From positions 1 through 38,902 of IMG/VR virus record IMGVR_UViG_3300032248_000474: a DNA stretch of 38,902 nt, one strand, 5' to 3'. Below, piece after piece: positions 25,835-35,681 of this stretch. The notes below the pieces were generated by a model. The model saw only the letters and a program-made list of their open reading frames with translations. It was not told the DNA's origin and made no database searches. The stretch's first letter is position 1, and the number at the start of each line of letters is the position of its first letter. The translations under genes were made by a program, and so were the position numbers. The stretch is from a virus (Duplodnaviria > Caudoviricetes).

Positions 25835-27040
25835 TTAACCCCAAAGACGAACAGCCATCTGAGGACGGATTACACCATAGCCGTACAAGACGTCAATACG
25901 GCAAGGCATACGGTCGTTGTTGATGTCGTACTGACGGACGACACGCAACGAGATACCGTTGTAGTTTTGGCGAGAAGCCATGTCTACACCTTGCGGCATG
26001 ATCAAGTCAGCGGTAGCCAACGAGATCGCGTTCTTGTGCATGATCAGGTTTTGTGGGTACACGGTCGAAGGAGCACCAACGAAGGTAACCGCCGCACTGT
26101 TCTGCGGGAAACTATCCACGGACGCCAAAGCATGAGCCGAGGTGTAGATCGCAGGGCTGATTGACAGAGTAACGGCAGAACTAGCAGCAGTTGCAGCAGC
26201 AGTTACAACAAACTGAGCAAGCGAGCCGGTGGACTGACGGGTCTGCGGGTTGACGGCATAAACACCAGCGATAGTAAACACATCGCCGACGTTGTAGGTG
26301 TTACCGGTTGTAGCAGCCAAAGTGATCGAGTTTGCACCCTGAGTGGTGATCGTGCCGGATACAGTGTTACCTGTAGCCACGCGAGAACCAGTCGTGAAGG
26401 TGTTGATGGATTGGCTCATCGCCATTTCCTCAAAGCCCAACACGCCTTCGCCAATCAGACCCTTCTTGAAGAAGTTGCTGATAGTGGAGGTGGGGTTGAA
26501 CAGACCTTTCAAACCGCCGATGATGGCAGCGTTAGCAGCGGGGTTAACCACGCCATAACGAGGGTCTTGAGCAACGGCGTATTCGTTCAGCTTTTGATGG
26601 CCTGCGAGCAACACTTCAGCGGTGGCTGGAGCAGTACCGGGAGTACCAACGGAGTTGAAGATATTTTTGTAGGCAGAGGCGACGTCAGCGTCAATAGCAG
26701 CAGCGAGCTGGCTGATACGAGGCTTGAGCACGCGATCTGCGAAATCATCCAACTGCATTGTCAATTCGGCAGAAGTAAAGTTAATGCCGATATGCTTCTG
26801 AGTGGAGACGGTCAGGGTTGTATATTGCTCGTTGTCGTCTTGAACCTGCAAGGCAGCGCCGTCAGAGACGAGAGCGCGGTCGGGCAAGCGGATGCGGAGG
26901 GTGGAGCCGATCTTGGCACCTTCCTTGGCAAAGCTGTCGTCGTATTGACGGTTAACGTATTTCGATGTCACCATGTTGTTCTCGAGAATTTCGAGAGCTT
27001 TCCGGGTGATCATGTCAATCGTAAGTATTGAGTTAGCCAT
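25835..27040 (-). CDS. Major capsid protein, P22 gp5-like
   Basis: MANSILTIDMITRKALEILEN...GAKIGSTLRIRLP...CRIDVLYGY..IRPQMAVR. Confidence 0.93.
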   Translation of the reverse strand: MANSILTIDMITRKALEILENNMVTSKYVNRQYDDSFAKEGAKIGSTLRIRLPDRALVSDGAALQVQDDNEQYTTLTVSTQKHIGINFTSAELTMQLDDFADRVLKPRISQLAAAIDADVASAYKNIFNSVGTPGTAPATAEVLLAGHQKLNEYAVAQDPRYGVVNPAANAAIIGGLKGLFNPTSTISNFFKKGLIGEGVLGFEEMAMSQSINTFTTGSRVATGNTVSGTITTQGANSITLAATTGNTYNVGDVFTIAGVYAVNPQTRQSTGSLAQFVVTAAATAASSAVTLSISPAIYTSAHALASVDSFPQNSAAVTFVGAPSTVYPQNLIMHKNAISLATADLIMPQGVDMASRQNYNGISLRVVRQYDINNDRMPCRIDVLYGYGVIRPQMAVRLWG

Positions 27041-27058
27041 GATGAAGTATCCTTGTTG

Positions 27059-27856
27059 TTAGCGATACTGCTTCTGCTTTGCCTCGAAAGCCTTGACCTG
27101 CCGTTGTCTTTCGGCAGCAATCCATTCTTCTGTTGTCATCGACGAGATGGACCGAGGATCGGTCGTGTTGAAAGTCGATGCGCTTGAAGTCCGGGTATTC
27201 ACAGGCGATATAGGCGCAGGAGCATTTGATGATTTCTTAGCAGGAGGATCAGCCGCGAGTTTCGCTTCTAACTTCCCTAGTTCTTTGGCCTGAAAGATCG
27301 GCGCGAGCTTTGCAATCCGTTCTGCCTCTTTGGGGTTAGACCCAAGATGATAGGCCAATTCTGGCCCAATATCAGAGGCTTGAATAGTCTCTGCCATATA
27401 AGGCGTGATGCGGAGGTTCGGATTGTACGCGACTTCTTCGAAATCTACATACTTATCGCGGGCTTCTTCTTCACGGTCTTTATACGCTTCAACGTATTCC
27501 TGACGGTAGCGATCAGCTTCTTTCTGAGCGACCAACTGTTCCGCACGCTGTTGAGCCAAGGCGTCAACGTAGTGTTGCGGGTCAGTAAAGTTCTCAGGTT
27601 TAACTTCAACCGGCCTAGGACGGGTTGCTTCCGCAATCCGGGCTTCCATATTCCGTTCGAATTTACGCTGTTCTTTGTTCAACCGTTTACGGATAATTTC
27701 GTCCAATTCCTCTTGTGTAAAGGTTTTGGCCGCTTTTTCCGTAGTGTTTTCAGTGGTTTCGTCTGCTTTCTGTTCAACCGGTGTTTCCGGTTTAGGGGCA
27801 GGCGAGGGCAGTTCGGTATCCGCAGAGACTTGATCCGCTAAGATTTCTTCAGTCAT
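27059..27856 (-). CDS. Scaffolding protein
   Basis: Charged coiled coil with KTFTQEELD and GPELAYHLGSNP.EAERIA; directly upstream of the coat gene. Confidence 0.85.
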   Translation of the reverse strand: MTEEILADQVSADTELPSPAPKPETPVEQKADETTENTTEKAAKTFTQEELDEIIRKRLNKEQRKFERNMEARIAEATRPRPVEVKPENFTDPQHYVDALAQQRAEQLVAQKEADRYRQEYVEAYKDREEEARDKYVDFEEVAYNPNLRITPYMAETIQASDIGPELAYHLGSNPKEAERIAKLAPIFQAKELGKLEAKLAADPPAKKSSNAPAPISPVNTRTSSASTFNTTDPRSISSMTTEEWIAAERQRQVKAFEAKQKQYR

Positions 27857-27906
27857 GGTAGCTCCTGATTGGACGTTTCAGTACGTTTCGTTAGGTATAG
27901 CAAAAT

Positions 27907-30228
27907 TTATGCCGGTTTACAAGAGGCTCTGATCAGTCCGGCGGTGATTGCCGCCTGACAAGCCGCCTGCGTGGCGGGTTTGGTGATGGTCGGGTAGACG
28001 TAATTGCCGGACACGACGTTGGGGGCAATGTTGGAAATGTTGTTGACAAACGCCTTGATCGTGGCGTCGTTGGACAACCGCATGGCGTTAAATTCAGCAG
28101 GGGTAAACCGCTGAGCGAAATCTTCGACCTTCATAGGCCAAGCACCCGCTGCGGCGTCTGCCGCCACTTGAAGGGCTACGATGGCGGCATCGCGGGTGTT
28201 TTGCGCCGTGGTGATTGCCGCCTGATAGGCGGTCTGCGCCGCTGTGATCTGCGCGGCGGTGCTTGAGAAGGCGGGCATTTGATAAGCGGGGATATGCGTG
28301 GTTCCGCTGGTATATGTGCGGTTTGACGCCAGCGTTCCCACAAACGGTCCGCACGAGCTGGTGCGCTTGCGGTGCGACCACAAATGCAGGGGGCGGGTTG
28401 TCAGGGCGTCCACCGGATAGACCGTGGAGCTTGTGCTGAAGCTGATCTGGTTCCAATCGAAGGTGCCCGCGTTGCCCGTGTACATGCCTTGGAAGATGTC
28501 GGACACGACTTGCGGGGCTTGCCCAAAACTGCGGACCAGCCAGATTGAGGTGGCAACACCCGGCACGGTCTGCTTGCCGATGATGGCGCCACGAGCAAAC
28601 GAGGTCGGGTTGAAGCCAGAGATGGCGTAATAGCCGTCATTAACGGTGCTGGCGATAAACGACAACGTGGTGGTCATGTCGAGCTGGGTGGTGAACTCAC
28701 CTGACGGGTGGCCCCCTGAGCCGAGCTTGGCGGTGAATGGCTGGCCCCAAATGACAGAACCCAAAAACCCTGTCGGGATGCGGACGTTGCCTTCGGCAAT
28801 GCCAGCGGCGATGTAAATAGTGGTGTTTGCCGCACCCGTGCCTGTAAAGATAATAGGACCACGGAAAGTGTCTTGCTGGTCAATGTAAATTGTAAAAGCG
28901 CTTGTAAACGCTGGCAAGTTGATGGCGTTGATGCCGGGAGTGCCAAACGTAATGTTGTTCAGCCTGATCCAGTTGCGGCACCCTGCGTTCAAGCCAAGCC
29001 AGTCGGCGGCGCTAGACACTACCGAGATGTTCTTAAATTCGTTGGAGCACAGCGCACCAGAAACAAACGCAAACGGGGCGTTGGAACCTGTTGAATGGTA
29101 AGTGTTGACAAAATGGTTGTAGCGCGAATTGGCTGCGAAGGTCTGGATGCCAGAGATGGTCTGCGTGCCGCCATTGCTGGACAGGTTGTTGCCTTGAACG
29201 GTGGTGTTGGTCTGCGTCCAAGTGATGTTGTCCGCATAGGCCGAATTGCCCATCAGGTTCATCGTCATTGGCGTTGTAGCAATAGCCGCAAAGCCTTTGG
29301 CGAGGGTCGCAAACGGGAACGACTGCGTGCCGTTGAAGTTGGTGTCATTGCCCGCCGTGCTGTCAATGTAGATGTTCTGGACGTTGAGCGCGGGCAGTTT
29401 GGTGGTGGATGTAACCGTGACGATGGTCGCGCCAAACACCGCTGACGGGTTGTTAATCGTAATCTGAAACTGAAGGTTCTTGTTGACGTTACCAGTTTGG
29501 ACGTTGGTGATGCCGCCGTTGATGCCAAGCTGAGCGTAAGTGGTTTCCGAAGTCACGTCGGTGAAAGTCGTGCCTGTGTATTTCTGGCGCACCCACGGCT
29601 GACCTACGCCAACAAATTTCCAAACGCCGTTGTCGTTGTCGGTCTGGTTTTTGAGCAATATCCACTGGCCTGCTGTCGGTGTCTGACCGTCAATAACGGG
29701 TAAGCCCGACTTGGATGCGACGTTGGCGGTGGACGCAATATGGACGGCTGGCAGGCTCGGGACGTTTAAAAGCCCCTGCGTGATAGCGGCTTGGGTCTGG
29801 CTGGCGGACCAAATGTTGCTTGTGGTTGTCACGGTGTCGTTGACATTTAAGCCGTTGTCGATAACCGCGCCGGAGCTGTTGAAAGTTGCAATGTTACCTG
29901 TAACGGCACCAACCACTTTCAATATGTAGGGGGCAAGCGCCCCGCTAATGGCGGTGGATGTTTTGTAGGCCGTCCAAAGGTTCTGGGTCAGCGCTACGCT
30001 ATCGTTAATGTCGATGCCGCTGTTGATCAGCGTGCCGGATGAGGTTTGGATTGGCAATTTGTTAACCTGACCGCCGTAGATGATCGGCATGACAAACTGA
30101 CCAATATAATTGGAAATGTCCGCGGCGGTGGTGATGCCTGTCGTACCGTTCTGGTTACCAACAAACTGTTCTGACCCGCCAAGCGGGGTAGTCATTAACG
30201 GAAGTGACGAGACCGGTACATCAGCGAT
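27907..30228 (-). CDS. Large fibre/spike-like virion protein; reading frame extends to an ATC codon at 30228 (ORF track start 30195)
   Basis: Fibre motifs (ILLKNQTD..NGVW; IYIDSTAGNDTNFNGTQSFPFATL); C-terminal chaperone-like EDFAQRFTPAE segment. Confidence 0.7.
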   Translation of the reverse strand: MADVPVSSLPLMTTPLGGSEQFVGNQNGTTGITTAADISNYIGQFVMPIIYGGQVNKLPIQTSSGTLINSGIDINDSVALTQNLWTAYKTSTAISGALAPYILKVVGAVTGNIATFNSSGAVIDNGLNVNDTVTTTSNIWSASQTQAAITQGLLNVPSLPAVHIASTANVASKSGLPVIDGQTPTAGQWILLKNQTDNDNGVWKFVGVGQPWVRQKYTGTTFTDVTSETTYAQLGINGGITNVQTGNVNKNLQFQITINNPSAVFGATIVTVTSTTKLPALNVQNIYIDSTAGNDTNFNGTQSFPFATLAKGFAAIATTPMTMNLMGNSAYADNITWTQTNTTVQGNNLSSNGGTQTISGIQTFAANSRYNHFVNTYHSTGSNAPFAFVSGALCSNEFKNISVVSSAADWLGLNAGCRNWIRLNNITFGTPGINAINLPAFTSAFTIYIDQQDTFRGPIIFTGTGAANTTIYIAAGIAEGNVRIPTGFLGSVIWGQPFTAKLGSGGHPSGEFTTQLDMTTTLSFIASTVNDGYYAISGFNPTSFARGAIIGKQTVPGVATSIWLVRSFGQAPQVVSDIFQGMYTGNAGTFDWNQISFSTSSTVYPVDALTTRPLHLWSHRKRTSSCGPFVGTLASNRTYTSGTTHIPAYQMPAFSSTAAQITAAQTAYQAAITTAQNTRDAAIVALQVAADAAAGAWPMKVEDFAQRFTPAEFNAMRLSNDATIKAFVNNISNIAPNVVSGNYVYPTITKPATQAACQAAITAGLIRASCKPA

Positions 30229-30233
30229 GATAT

Positions 30234-30437
30234 TTATCCTTGCCGTAAATAGTTAACCGAGCCGGGTGGCAGGGTGTTGGCCTGCAAAGGGCCGACAATA
30301 TTGTTGTTATACATCACAAGGATGCGAAAAGTTGGTGCGGCGGGTGCAAGCGGGTTGCTGGTTGGCGAAGACGTAAATTCGTTTTCGCCAACGATACCCA
30401 ATGGTATACCGTTGCGTCGTCCAAGAAAGTTTGACAT
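30234..30437 (-). CDS. Hypothetical virion-module protein, 67 aa
   Basis: ORF track; tightly packed in the late operon. Confidence 0.6.
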   Translation of the reverse strand: MSNFLGRRNGIPLGIVGENEFTSSPTSNPLAPAAPTFRILVMYNNNIVGPLQANTLPPGSVNYLRQG

Positions 30438-30440
30438 CGA

Positions 30441-30776
30441 TTAATTTCGTTGGATAGGACGAATAAGCACGTCGCCAGCAACAGGCGTACCCGCGCCAAG
30501 CACCGCCAACAGATTTGCGGCGCTAACGCGATAAGTTTGACTGTCCGGCGTGGGCAACACAAATGACATTGGAATACCCGCAATCACCGGAATGGATTGA
30601 ATTGTTGCGGTGTTGGTTGGGTGAATTTCAATAAACACGCTGACAGTTGATACCACCATGATGCCTTGGCAACCGGGCGGCAAATAAGAAGTGTTTGCTG
30701 CCGTAGCCGTAGTGCCGACGCTAACACGAAGGGTAGGGTATTCCGCCGTGCGTAACGGGTTAAGAAGGTCGGTCAT
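30441..30776 (-). CDS. Hypothetical beta-rich virion-module protein, 111 aa
   Basis: ORF track; AGGAG RBS. Confidence 0.7.
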   Translation of the reverse strand: MTDLLNPLRTAEYPTLRVSVGTTATAANTSYLPPGCQGIMVVSTVSVFIEIHPTNTATIQSIPVIAGIPMSFVLPTPDSQTYRVSAANLLAVLGAGTPVAGDVLIRPIQRN

Positions 30777-30785
30777 TTAAGGCTC

Positions 30786-31154
30786 CTATGCCAAAAAGCG
30801 AAGTTTATAAAGGGTTTCAAGGTACAATTCAACGATCTCGTCAATCAAGTTCTGTAGGGGTGTATCAGACTTTTCGCACAATTCATACCGTTCTTTTTCG
30901 AGCTCTGCCATCTGAGCTGCCAAGAAGTCGGTAATATTGCCCGGTTCTTTGACGCCTTGCAGGTTGATCGGTCCGATCAGGCCGTAACGCCCTTGGTAAT
31001 GTTCGGCAAGGGTGTCGGTCAGTTCGACGATCTCTTTGTAGAAAGCGTCTAAAGCCATGTGCTTTGAGAAGCTGCGTGTATTCCAGTGAGCTGAATGAGC
31101 GACATCCCGCGCAAGAAATAGTTTGCCAAAGAAGTCTTTGGGATCGACTGCCAT
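30786..31154 (-). CDS. DUF5856-like ferritin/Dps-fold protein
   Basis: AHSAHWNTRSFSKHMALDAFY..I.EL.D.LAE.YQGRYG...LQNLIDEI......TLYKLRFL four-helix motif. Confidence 0.75.
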   Translation of the reverse strand: MAVDPKDFFGKLFLARDVAHSAHWNTRSFSKHMALDAFYKEIVELTDTLAEHYQGRYGLIGPINLQGVKEPGNITDFLAAQMAELEKERYELCEKSDTPLQNLIDEIVELYLETLYKLRFLA

Positions 31155-33445
31155 TATCTGCCTCTAATCGGTGCGTCAGGGTTCGACTGATATGGTGCCC
31201 ATGCGGGTGTGAGCGGTGAATAGCCTTGACCGGGCGCAACGGGCGCCTCGCCGGGTTGTGGCGGTCCTGCGGGCGCTTGTGGCTGTCCGGGAGCTTCTTG
31301 CATCGGCATCGCGCCACGGCTCGCCATCTGCGGAGCGATGGTCTGGTTGCCTAGAATATCTCCGTTCGCCAGCGCCGCATGGAGCGTGCCCATAACAATA
31401 TCTTGGATTTGCTCGGGCTGCATACCCGCTGCAAGCGCTTGGATGCGCTTGGTCTCAGCGTCAAACGCCTTAATTTTCGCTTCAAAGTCCTTACGCTGTA
31501 CGTCTTGGGCTTCAATGGAGTTGCTCGCTTGTTGTAACATCTGATGCAGTTGGTCGAGCTCTTTGCCCATCGCCTGTATCTGTTGTTCAGCGTGCTGAAG
31601 GGCTGGAGACTTATCTTCGTCAGCGGTGAGCTTCGGATCAATCGTCTTGGCAAAGCGTTGCGCCATCTCTTGCGCCCCGGGCCAATCCATATTCTTGATG
31701 AACAAATCGCCTGCAACCGCCCACAACTGCGGGTTGGTTTTGAGCAGGTCTTGCATCGCATCGAGCGCTTCCTGACGCTTCGTGATGTAGCTCGCACCGA
31801 CGGTTACGGACACGTCGTACTTACCGACGCCGGGATTGTATATCTTAGCAATCACGACGTCAGGGTTGTTCTGATCGCGAATTTCACGCATCGGCTGCGG
31901 TTGGTTCGGGTCGATCATCGCCGTGTCGGTTTCGCCGTCCATTCCGATAATACGAGCCACCCGTTGGGTGTCGTATATCTTCGGGATCAGGTCCACGATC
32001 TGACGGGTCACATACCGGACGGCGCGACCAAGATTGTCGCCATAATGATATGTTGATATGTCGGATTGTGCTGTACGGGCTTGAATGGCCTTGCCGGTGC
32101 GCTCGTTGGACTGTGCGCCTAGCGACGTGTCGTATTGGCCCGTGGTCGTCTTAATGTCCTCCGACGCCCCTTTTTTGGCTTCAATAAGTCCCATTTGAGC
32201 CATAGGAGGAGAAGCCCTTTGGGGGAGAGGGAACGATTTGCCCGACCCGTCCATAGCATCGGGGTTGACTTCAAGATAGGGCCAGCTCGTCGTGTTGGCT
32301 GTTTTCCATTGCTGTTCGTAACCTTCGAACTGCCCCCCATAGCCGATAAACGGCGCTTTCGGCGCAAGGGCCAGCATTTCCGTTTCAGAAGAGACCCAAT
32401 AGTTGTACATCCTCTGCGCGTCTTTAGAGTTGCGTACAATTCCACTTGTGAACACCTCGCCGTTAACTTCAAACTCGTTACCCGGTACTTTGACGACCGG
32501 TATCCATTTGCCGGGCCACTCTTTCTCGTCTAGAAACTCATATCCGTTGGTTTTGCACCACTTGATAACGCGACGCTGAACGTCTCGGGTCTTAACAACG
32601 GGTAACCCCATTTGTTGGAATTGCTTGGCTTCTTTGGAACCCTTAAAGGCAGTTTGGTTGTTTGGGTAAAGATTGAGCACGGCGGGTTCATATTCCACAT
32701 AGAAATATTCCGCGATCCGTATACTATCATCCCTAATCCATGAAGCGAGATTATCGTCCCCGATACCAAACGTCTGCAAGCTGGAAATGGGGGCGGCGTC
32801 AGGAAACTCACGCTCGTAATCATCCATCGCATAATCTTCGGTAACGAAACACCATTTAGCATCCGCTCCACAAGGGTCTTGGGTGGTCGGGTCCATATAC
32901 ACGCTAAAGCTGTTGCGGACGCGCATGATTTTGATGTCTTGATCGAAACTATCATCATCGACGTAATCCGTTACGAGCCGAACATAACCTTCGCCAAAAA
33001 TGACTTGGTTTTCGCAAGCAGTGTCGTAGCAAACGTCTGCGTCGCTGATATACTCGATGTGACGGACGATACCGTCCATGATTTCAGCGACTTTAATGTC
33101 TCCCTTGTCGTCCGCAGGGATGACTTTACCGCTTGGTCGATTTTTTCGTAGCTCATTTGTGATCTGCCTAACGTGGGCCGGTAGCTTGTTTACGGTCAGG
33201 CACGGCCTAGCGTTAATTGTTTGCCCTTGCACCGATCCACGGGTTTGCAAGACGTCGGCAGGCCATTGCCATTGGTTGTCGGGTGAACCGGCGTAAAAAC
33301 GCAGGTCGTCTAATTGGTCTTCACGACTGTCGGAGTAGGCGTCTTGTGCGTAGCGCAAGCGTTTCCGCATCGTGGCGAGTTCTTCTTCCTCATCACGATC
33401 TGGTTTAGCTTTGCCGTTCTTGGACGCTTTATCGTCATCGATCAT
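31154..33445 (-). CDS. Portal protein, P22-like
   Basis: DDLRFYAG...QW...RPCLTVNKL...KDAQRMYNYW.S...APKAP; start moved to ATG 33445. Confidence 0.92.
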   Translation of the reverse strand: MIDDDKASKNGKAKPDRDEEEELATMRKRLRYAQDAYSDSREDQLDDLRFYAGSPDNQWQWPADVLQTRGSVQGQTINARPCLTVNKLPAHVRQITNELRKNRPSGKVIPADDKGDIKVAEIMDGIVRHIEYISDADVCYDTACENQVIFGEGYVRLVTDYVDDDSFDQDIKIMRVRNSFSVYMDPTTQDPCGADAKWCFVTEDYAMDDYEREFPDAAPISSLQTFGIGDDNLASWIRDDSIRIAEYFYVEYEPAVLNLYPNNQTAFKGSKEAKQFQQMGLPVVKTRDVQRRVIKWCKTNGYEFLDEKEWPGKWIPVVKVPGNEFEVNGEVFTSGIVRNSKDAQRMYNYWVSSETEMLALAPKAPFIGYGGQFEGYEQQWKTANTTSWPYLEVNPDAMDGSGKSFPLPQRASPPMAQMGLIEAKKGASEDIKTTTGQYDTSLGAQSNERTGKAIQARTAQSDISTYHYGDNLGRAVRYVTRQIVDLIPKIYDTQRVARIIGMDGETDTAMIDPNQPQPMREIRDQNNPDVVIAKIYNPGVGKYDVSVTVGASYITKRQEALDAMQDLLKTNPQLWAVAGDLFIKNMDWPGAQEMAQRFAKTIDPKLTADEDKSPALQHAEQQIQAMGKELDQLHQMLQQASNSIEAQDVQRKDFEAKIKAFDAETKRIQALAAGMQPEQIQDIVMGTLHAALANGDILGNQTIAPQMASRGAMPMQEAPGQPQAPAGPPQPGEAPVAPGQGYSPLTPAWAPYQSNPDAPIRGR

Positions 33446-33446
33446 G

Positions 33447-33650
33447 TTATTTACCCAAGATTTTGTTCGCTTTGGCGTCAATTTTGGCTTTGCTGGAGGA
33501 GCTCAAATTGCCTTTGGCAACCTGTTGCGAAGCCCGTGCTTTGGCGTTTGCAGCATGAGATTTGTCATTAACCGGATATTTTCGCTCACCGGGCAGGCCA
33601 AATTGACTATCTGCAAGAGCATTACGCGATTTTGAGGACATTTTAGCCAT
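33447..33650 (-). CDS. Small basic protein (DUF6582-like)
   Basis: RNALADSQFGLPGERKYPVNDKSHAANAKARA motif; TAATG coupling to terL. Confidence 0.7.
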   Translation of the reverse strand: MAKMSSKSRNALADSQFGLPGERKYPVNDKSHAANAKARASQQVAKGNLSSSSKAKIDAKANKILGK

Positions 33651-35170
33651 TAGGAGCCCATCCATGAAGTGTTAATGGTTGATGGATTATAGAATTGCGG
33701 CACGCCGCGCTTTTCTTGGCGATTTCCGACGGGGAAGGCAAAAGTAACGCATAAAGCGTCTGCGGTATCAGGGGACGCCATTCCTCTTGACCGCATTTCC
33801 TTTTTTCCTTCCAAAAAGATGACACCAGAGCTGTTTGGCTTCTTTGTTGGACCCATCAAATCGGATTTAAGACGGCGGTCGTTGGGGATGCTTGCCGTTT
33901 TCAACCAGTCTTTCATGTCAGCCCACATTTCAGCGCGTTTATTGCCCCATGCCTTGTTGTTGCGAGCCGCCCAACCGAAATTGACGCCTCTAACCTTATA
34001 GCGTTGTTCTTTCAAGCGGTCAAGTACTCCCGCACCTAAGCCGCCTTCGTCAACGCAGACCATTGCAGGCTGCCATTCCTCAATAACCTCGATGACATGC
34101 CCTACCGTAACCATTGTATCATCGCCGGAATATCGCTTTATGTCAAGAATATCGCGCCCTTGCCGGATAACGATGACCGTACTGTCCGCGCCAGACCGCG
34201 CAGGGTCCACACCGACAATAATTGGCGCGGACAGGTCTTTGTACGGCTCTCTGCTGGCCGCATCTTCGACCAAGTGCATTGAAATGAAGATGTCGTCGTC
34301 TTCTGGCGGGAACATTCCGTAGACTTCGACGTGCGCTTGGACGCTATCGGGGCCATATTCAGCGATAATTTGCTGATAAAGCTGTTGATCGGTGCCCTCG
34401 ACCGTCCGCGCATCGACCGTTTCCGTGTCCCAAAACTCCCGTTTAGCATGAAAACACTCGAAAAAGTACCCTTGGTTGCGGCGTGGGTTGGAAAACGCCA
34501 CCCAAAAGCGGTTAGGCGTGTTTTCAGTGAAAAAGCCCGTCGCCACCGACCAGATGGTATCTGGTATACCAGACGCTTCGTCGAATATGACCATAACGCC
34601 GTCGAAGTTATGCACACCGGCGTAGCTGTCCGGGTTCTCAGCCGACCACAACCGGCCTTCAGCCGACCAGTAGCGCGTCCCTTTTTTGAGATCACGCTCA
34701 ACAATTTCCGTTAACCATTTAGCAGGCATCAATCGGGTGGCTGATATTTCCCACCAATGGGAGTTGATCAGCATCATGGTCCATTTGGTCAGCTCGGCCC
34801 ATGTCACGGACCGGAGCTGCGCTTCGGAGTTAGCAGATATGATAACCGTCCCGCCGATGCGGGTCGTCATAAACCAGTTTGTGATCCAGCTAACCAGCGC
34901 CGATTTACCGATACCGCGACCGGACGAGATGGCTTTCCTGTAGACCTCATACGCTTGGCGTGGCTCGTTTGCGGCGATGTGGCTTGCCATCTCCCGCAGA
35001 ACGCGCCTTTGCCATTTTCTCGGGCCCTTGAAGTTCTCCAGCGGCGTCCCCGTCTGTCCCCAAGGGTAGGCAAACATCACGAACGCTTCCGGGTTGTTCG
35101 CTATCCGGGGGCTCCAGAGCTCTGCCATGAGCGCTTGTTCTTCCTTCGGCGAGTATTTGATTTGCTGCAT
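33650..35170 (-). CDS. terL: Terminase large subunit
   Basis: Walker A SSGRGIGKS, Walker B VIFDEASG, FSNPRR, nuclease GVDPARSGAD and SPDTADAL; start moved to ATG 35170 (MQQIKYS). Confidence 0.95.
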   Translation of the reverse strand: MQQIKYSPKEEQALMAELWSPRIANNPEAFVMFAYPWGQTGTPLENFKGPRKWQRRVLREMASHIAANEPRQAYEVYRKAISSGRGIGKSALVSWITNWFMTTRIGGTVIISANSEAQLRSVTWAELTKWTMMLINSHWWEISATRLMPAKWLTEIVERDLKKGTRYWSAEGRLWSAENPDSYAGVHNFDGVMVIFDEASGIPDTIWSVATGFFTENTPNRFWVAFSNPRRNQGYFFECFHAKREFWDTETVDARTVEGTDQQLYQQIIAEYGPDSVQAHVEVYGMFPPEDDDIFISMHLVEDAASREPYKDLSAPIIVGVDPARSGADSTVIVIRQGRDILDIKRYSGDDTMVTVGHVIEVIEEWQPAMVCVDEGGLGAGVLDRLKEQRYKVRGVNFGWAARNNKAWGNKRAEMWADMKDWLKTASIPNDRRLKSDLMGPTKKPNSSGVIFLEGKKEMRSRGMASPDTADALCVTFAFPVGNRQEKRGVPQFYNPSTINTSWMGS

Positions 35171-35567
35171 TGGTGGTGCCTTCAATGGTGATTATCCGCT
35201 CGCGTGCTGTAGAGAGCGCGTCGGTAATGGAGATACTGGTGTGGTTTTCGATGGAGATGGCTTGCTTGGCTACCCAATCGTGCCGGTGCTTGAGGTAGTC
35301 CAGCGCGATCTTGGCGTCGCCTGTAGCGATGGCGGCATGGATAGCAGCGGCAGCGGTGGCTTCACTGTCAGCCCGACCTTGCAGCTCGGCTTGTTCAGCC
35401 AGCGGGTCGTGGACGGTCAGCGTGCGGTATTCTGAGGGAAGGAGGCCAGCGTGAAGGGCAAGACTGTCGCCTCGTAGCCCGAGCCGTGCGGCTTCGTAAA
35501 TGCGGCGCAGGACGTTTTCTGTAGCGTGTACGTCCCTGACACATAGCGGTAAATCTTCGAATGGCAT
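34947..35567 (-). CDS. terS: Putative terminase small subunit
   Basis: First late gene upstream of terL; helical AAIATGDAKIALDYLKHRHDW motif; start moved to ATG 35567; 3' end overlaps terL. Confidence 0.7.
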   Translation of the reverse strand: MPFEDLPLCVRDVHATENVLRRIYEAARLGLRGDSLALHAGLLPSEYRTLTVHDPLAEQAELQGRADSEATAAAAIHAAIATGDAKIALDYLKHRHDWVAKQAISIENHTSISITDALSTARERIITIEGTTNAANQILAEGRTSAHGRALEPPDSEQPGSVRDVCLPLGTDGDAAGELQGPEKMAKARSAGDGKPHRRKRATPSV

Positions 35568-35652
35568 GTGGCCCCCGGCTGTTGCGGTAAAGGTGTTATA
35601 GCACGGGTGTATCACTGTATCAACCGTAGTAGGCGACTTTTACTCAATCCCT

Positions 35653-35681
35653 ATTATATGATATTAGGAACAAATCGTGAA
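35653..35681 (-). promoter_or_regulatory. Candidate sigma-70 promoter for the late (terS) operon
   Basis: - strand TTCACG-17 nt-TATAAT. Confidence 0.55.

Noticed and set aside
19821-30228. Diversity-generating retroelement or invertible tail-fibre switch
   Set aside because: No reverse transcriptase, no template/variable repeat pair and no invertase seen.
13011-35435. Many long + strand ORFs opposite the structural genes (e.g. 13011..13757, 24490..25245, 26411..27031)
   Set aside because: Antisense shadows of well-supported - strand genes, with no RBS or recognisable motifs.
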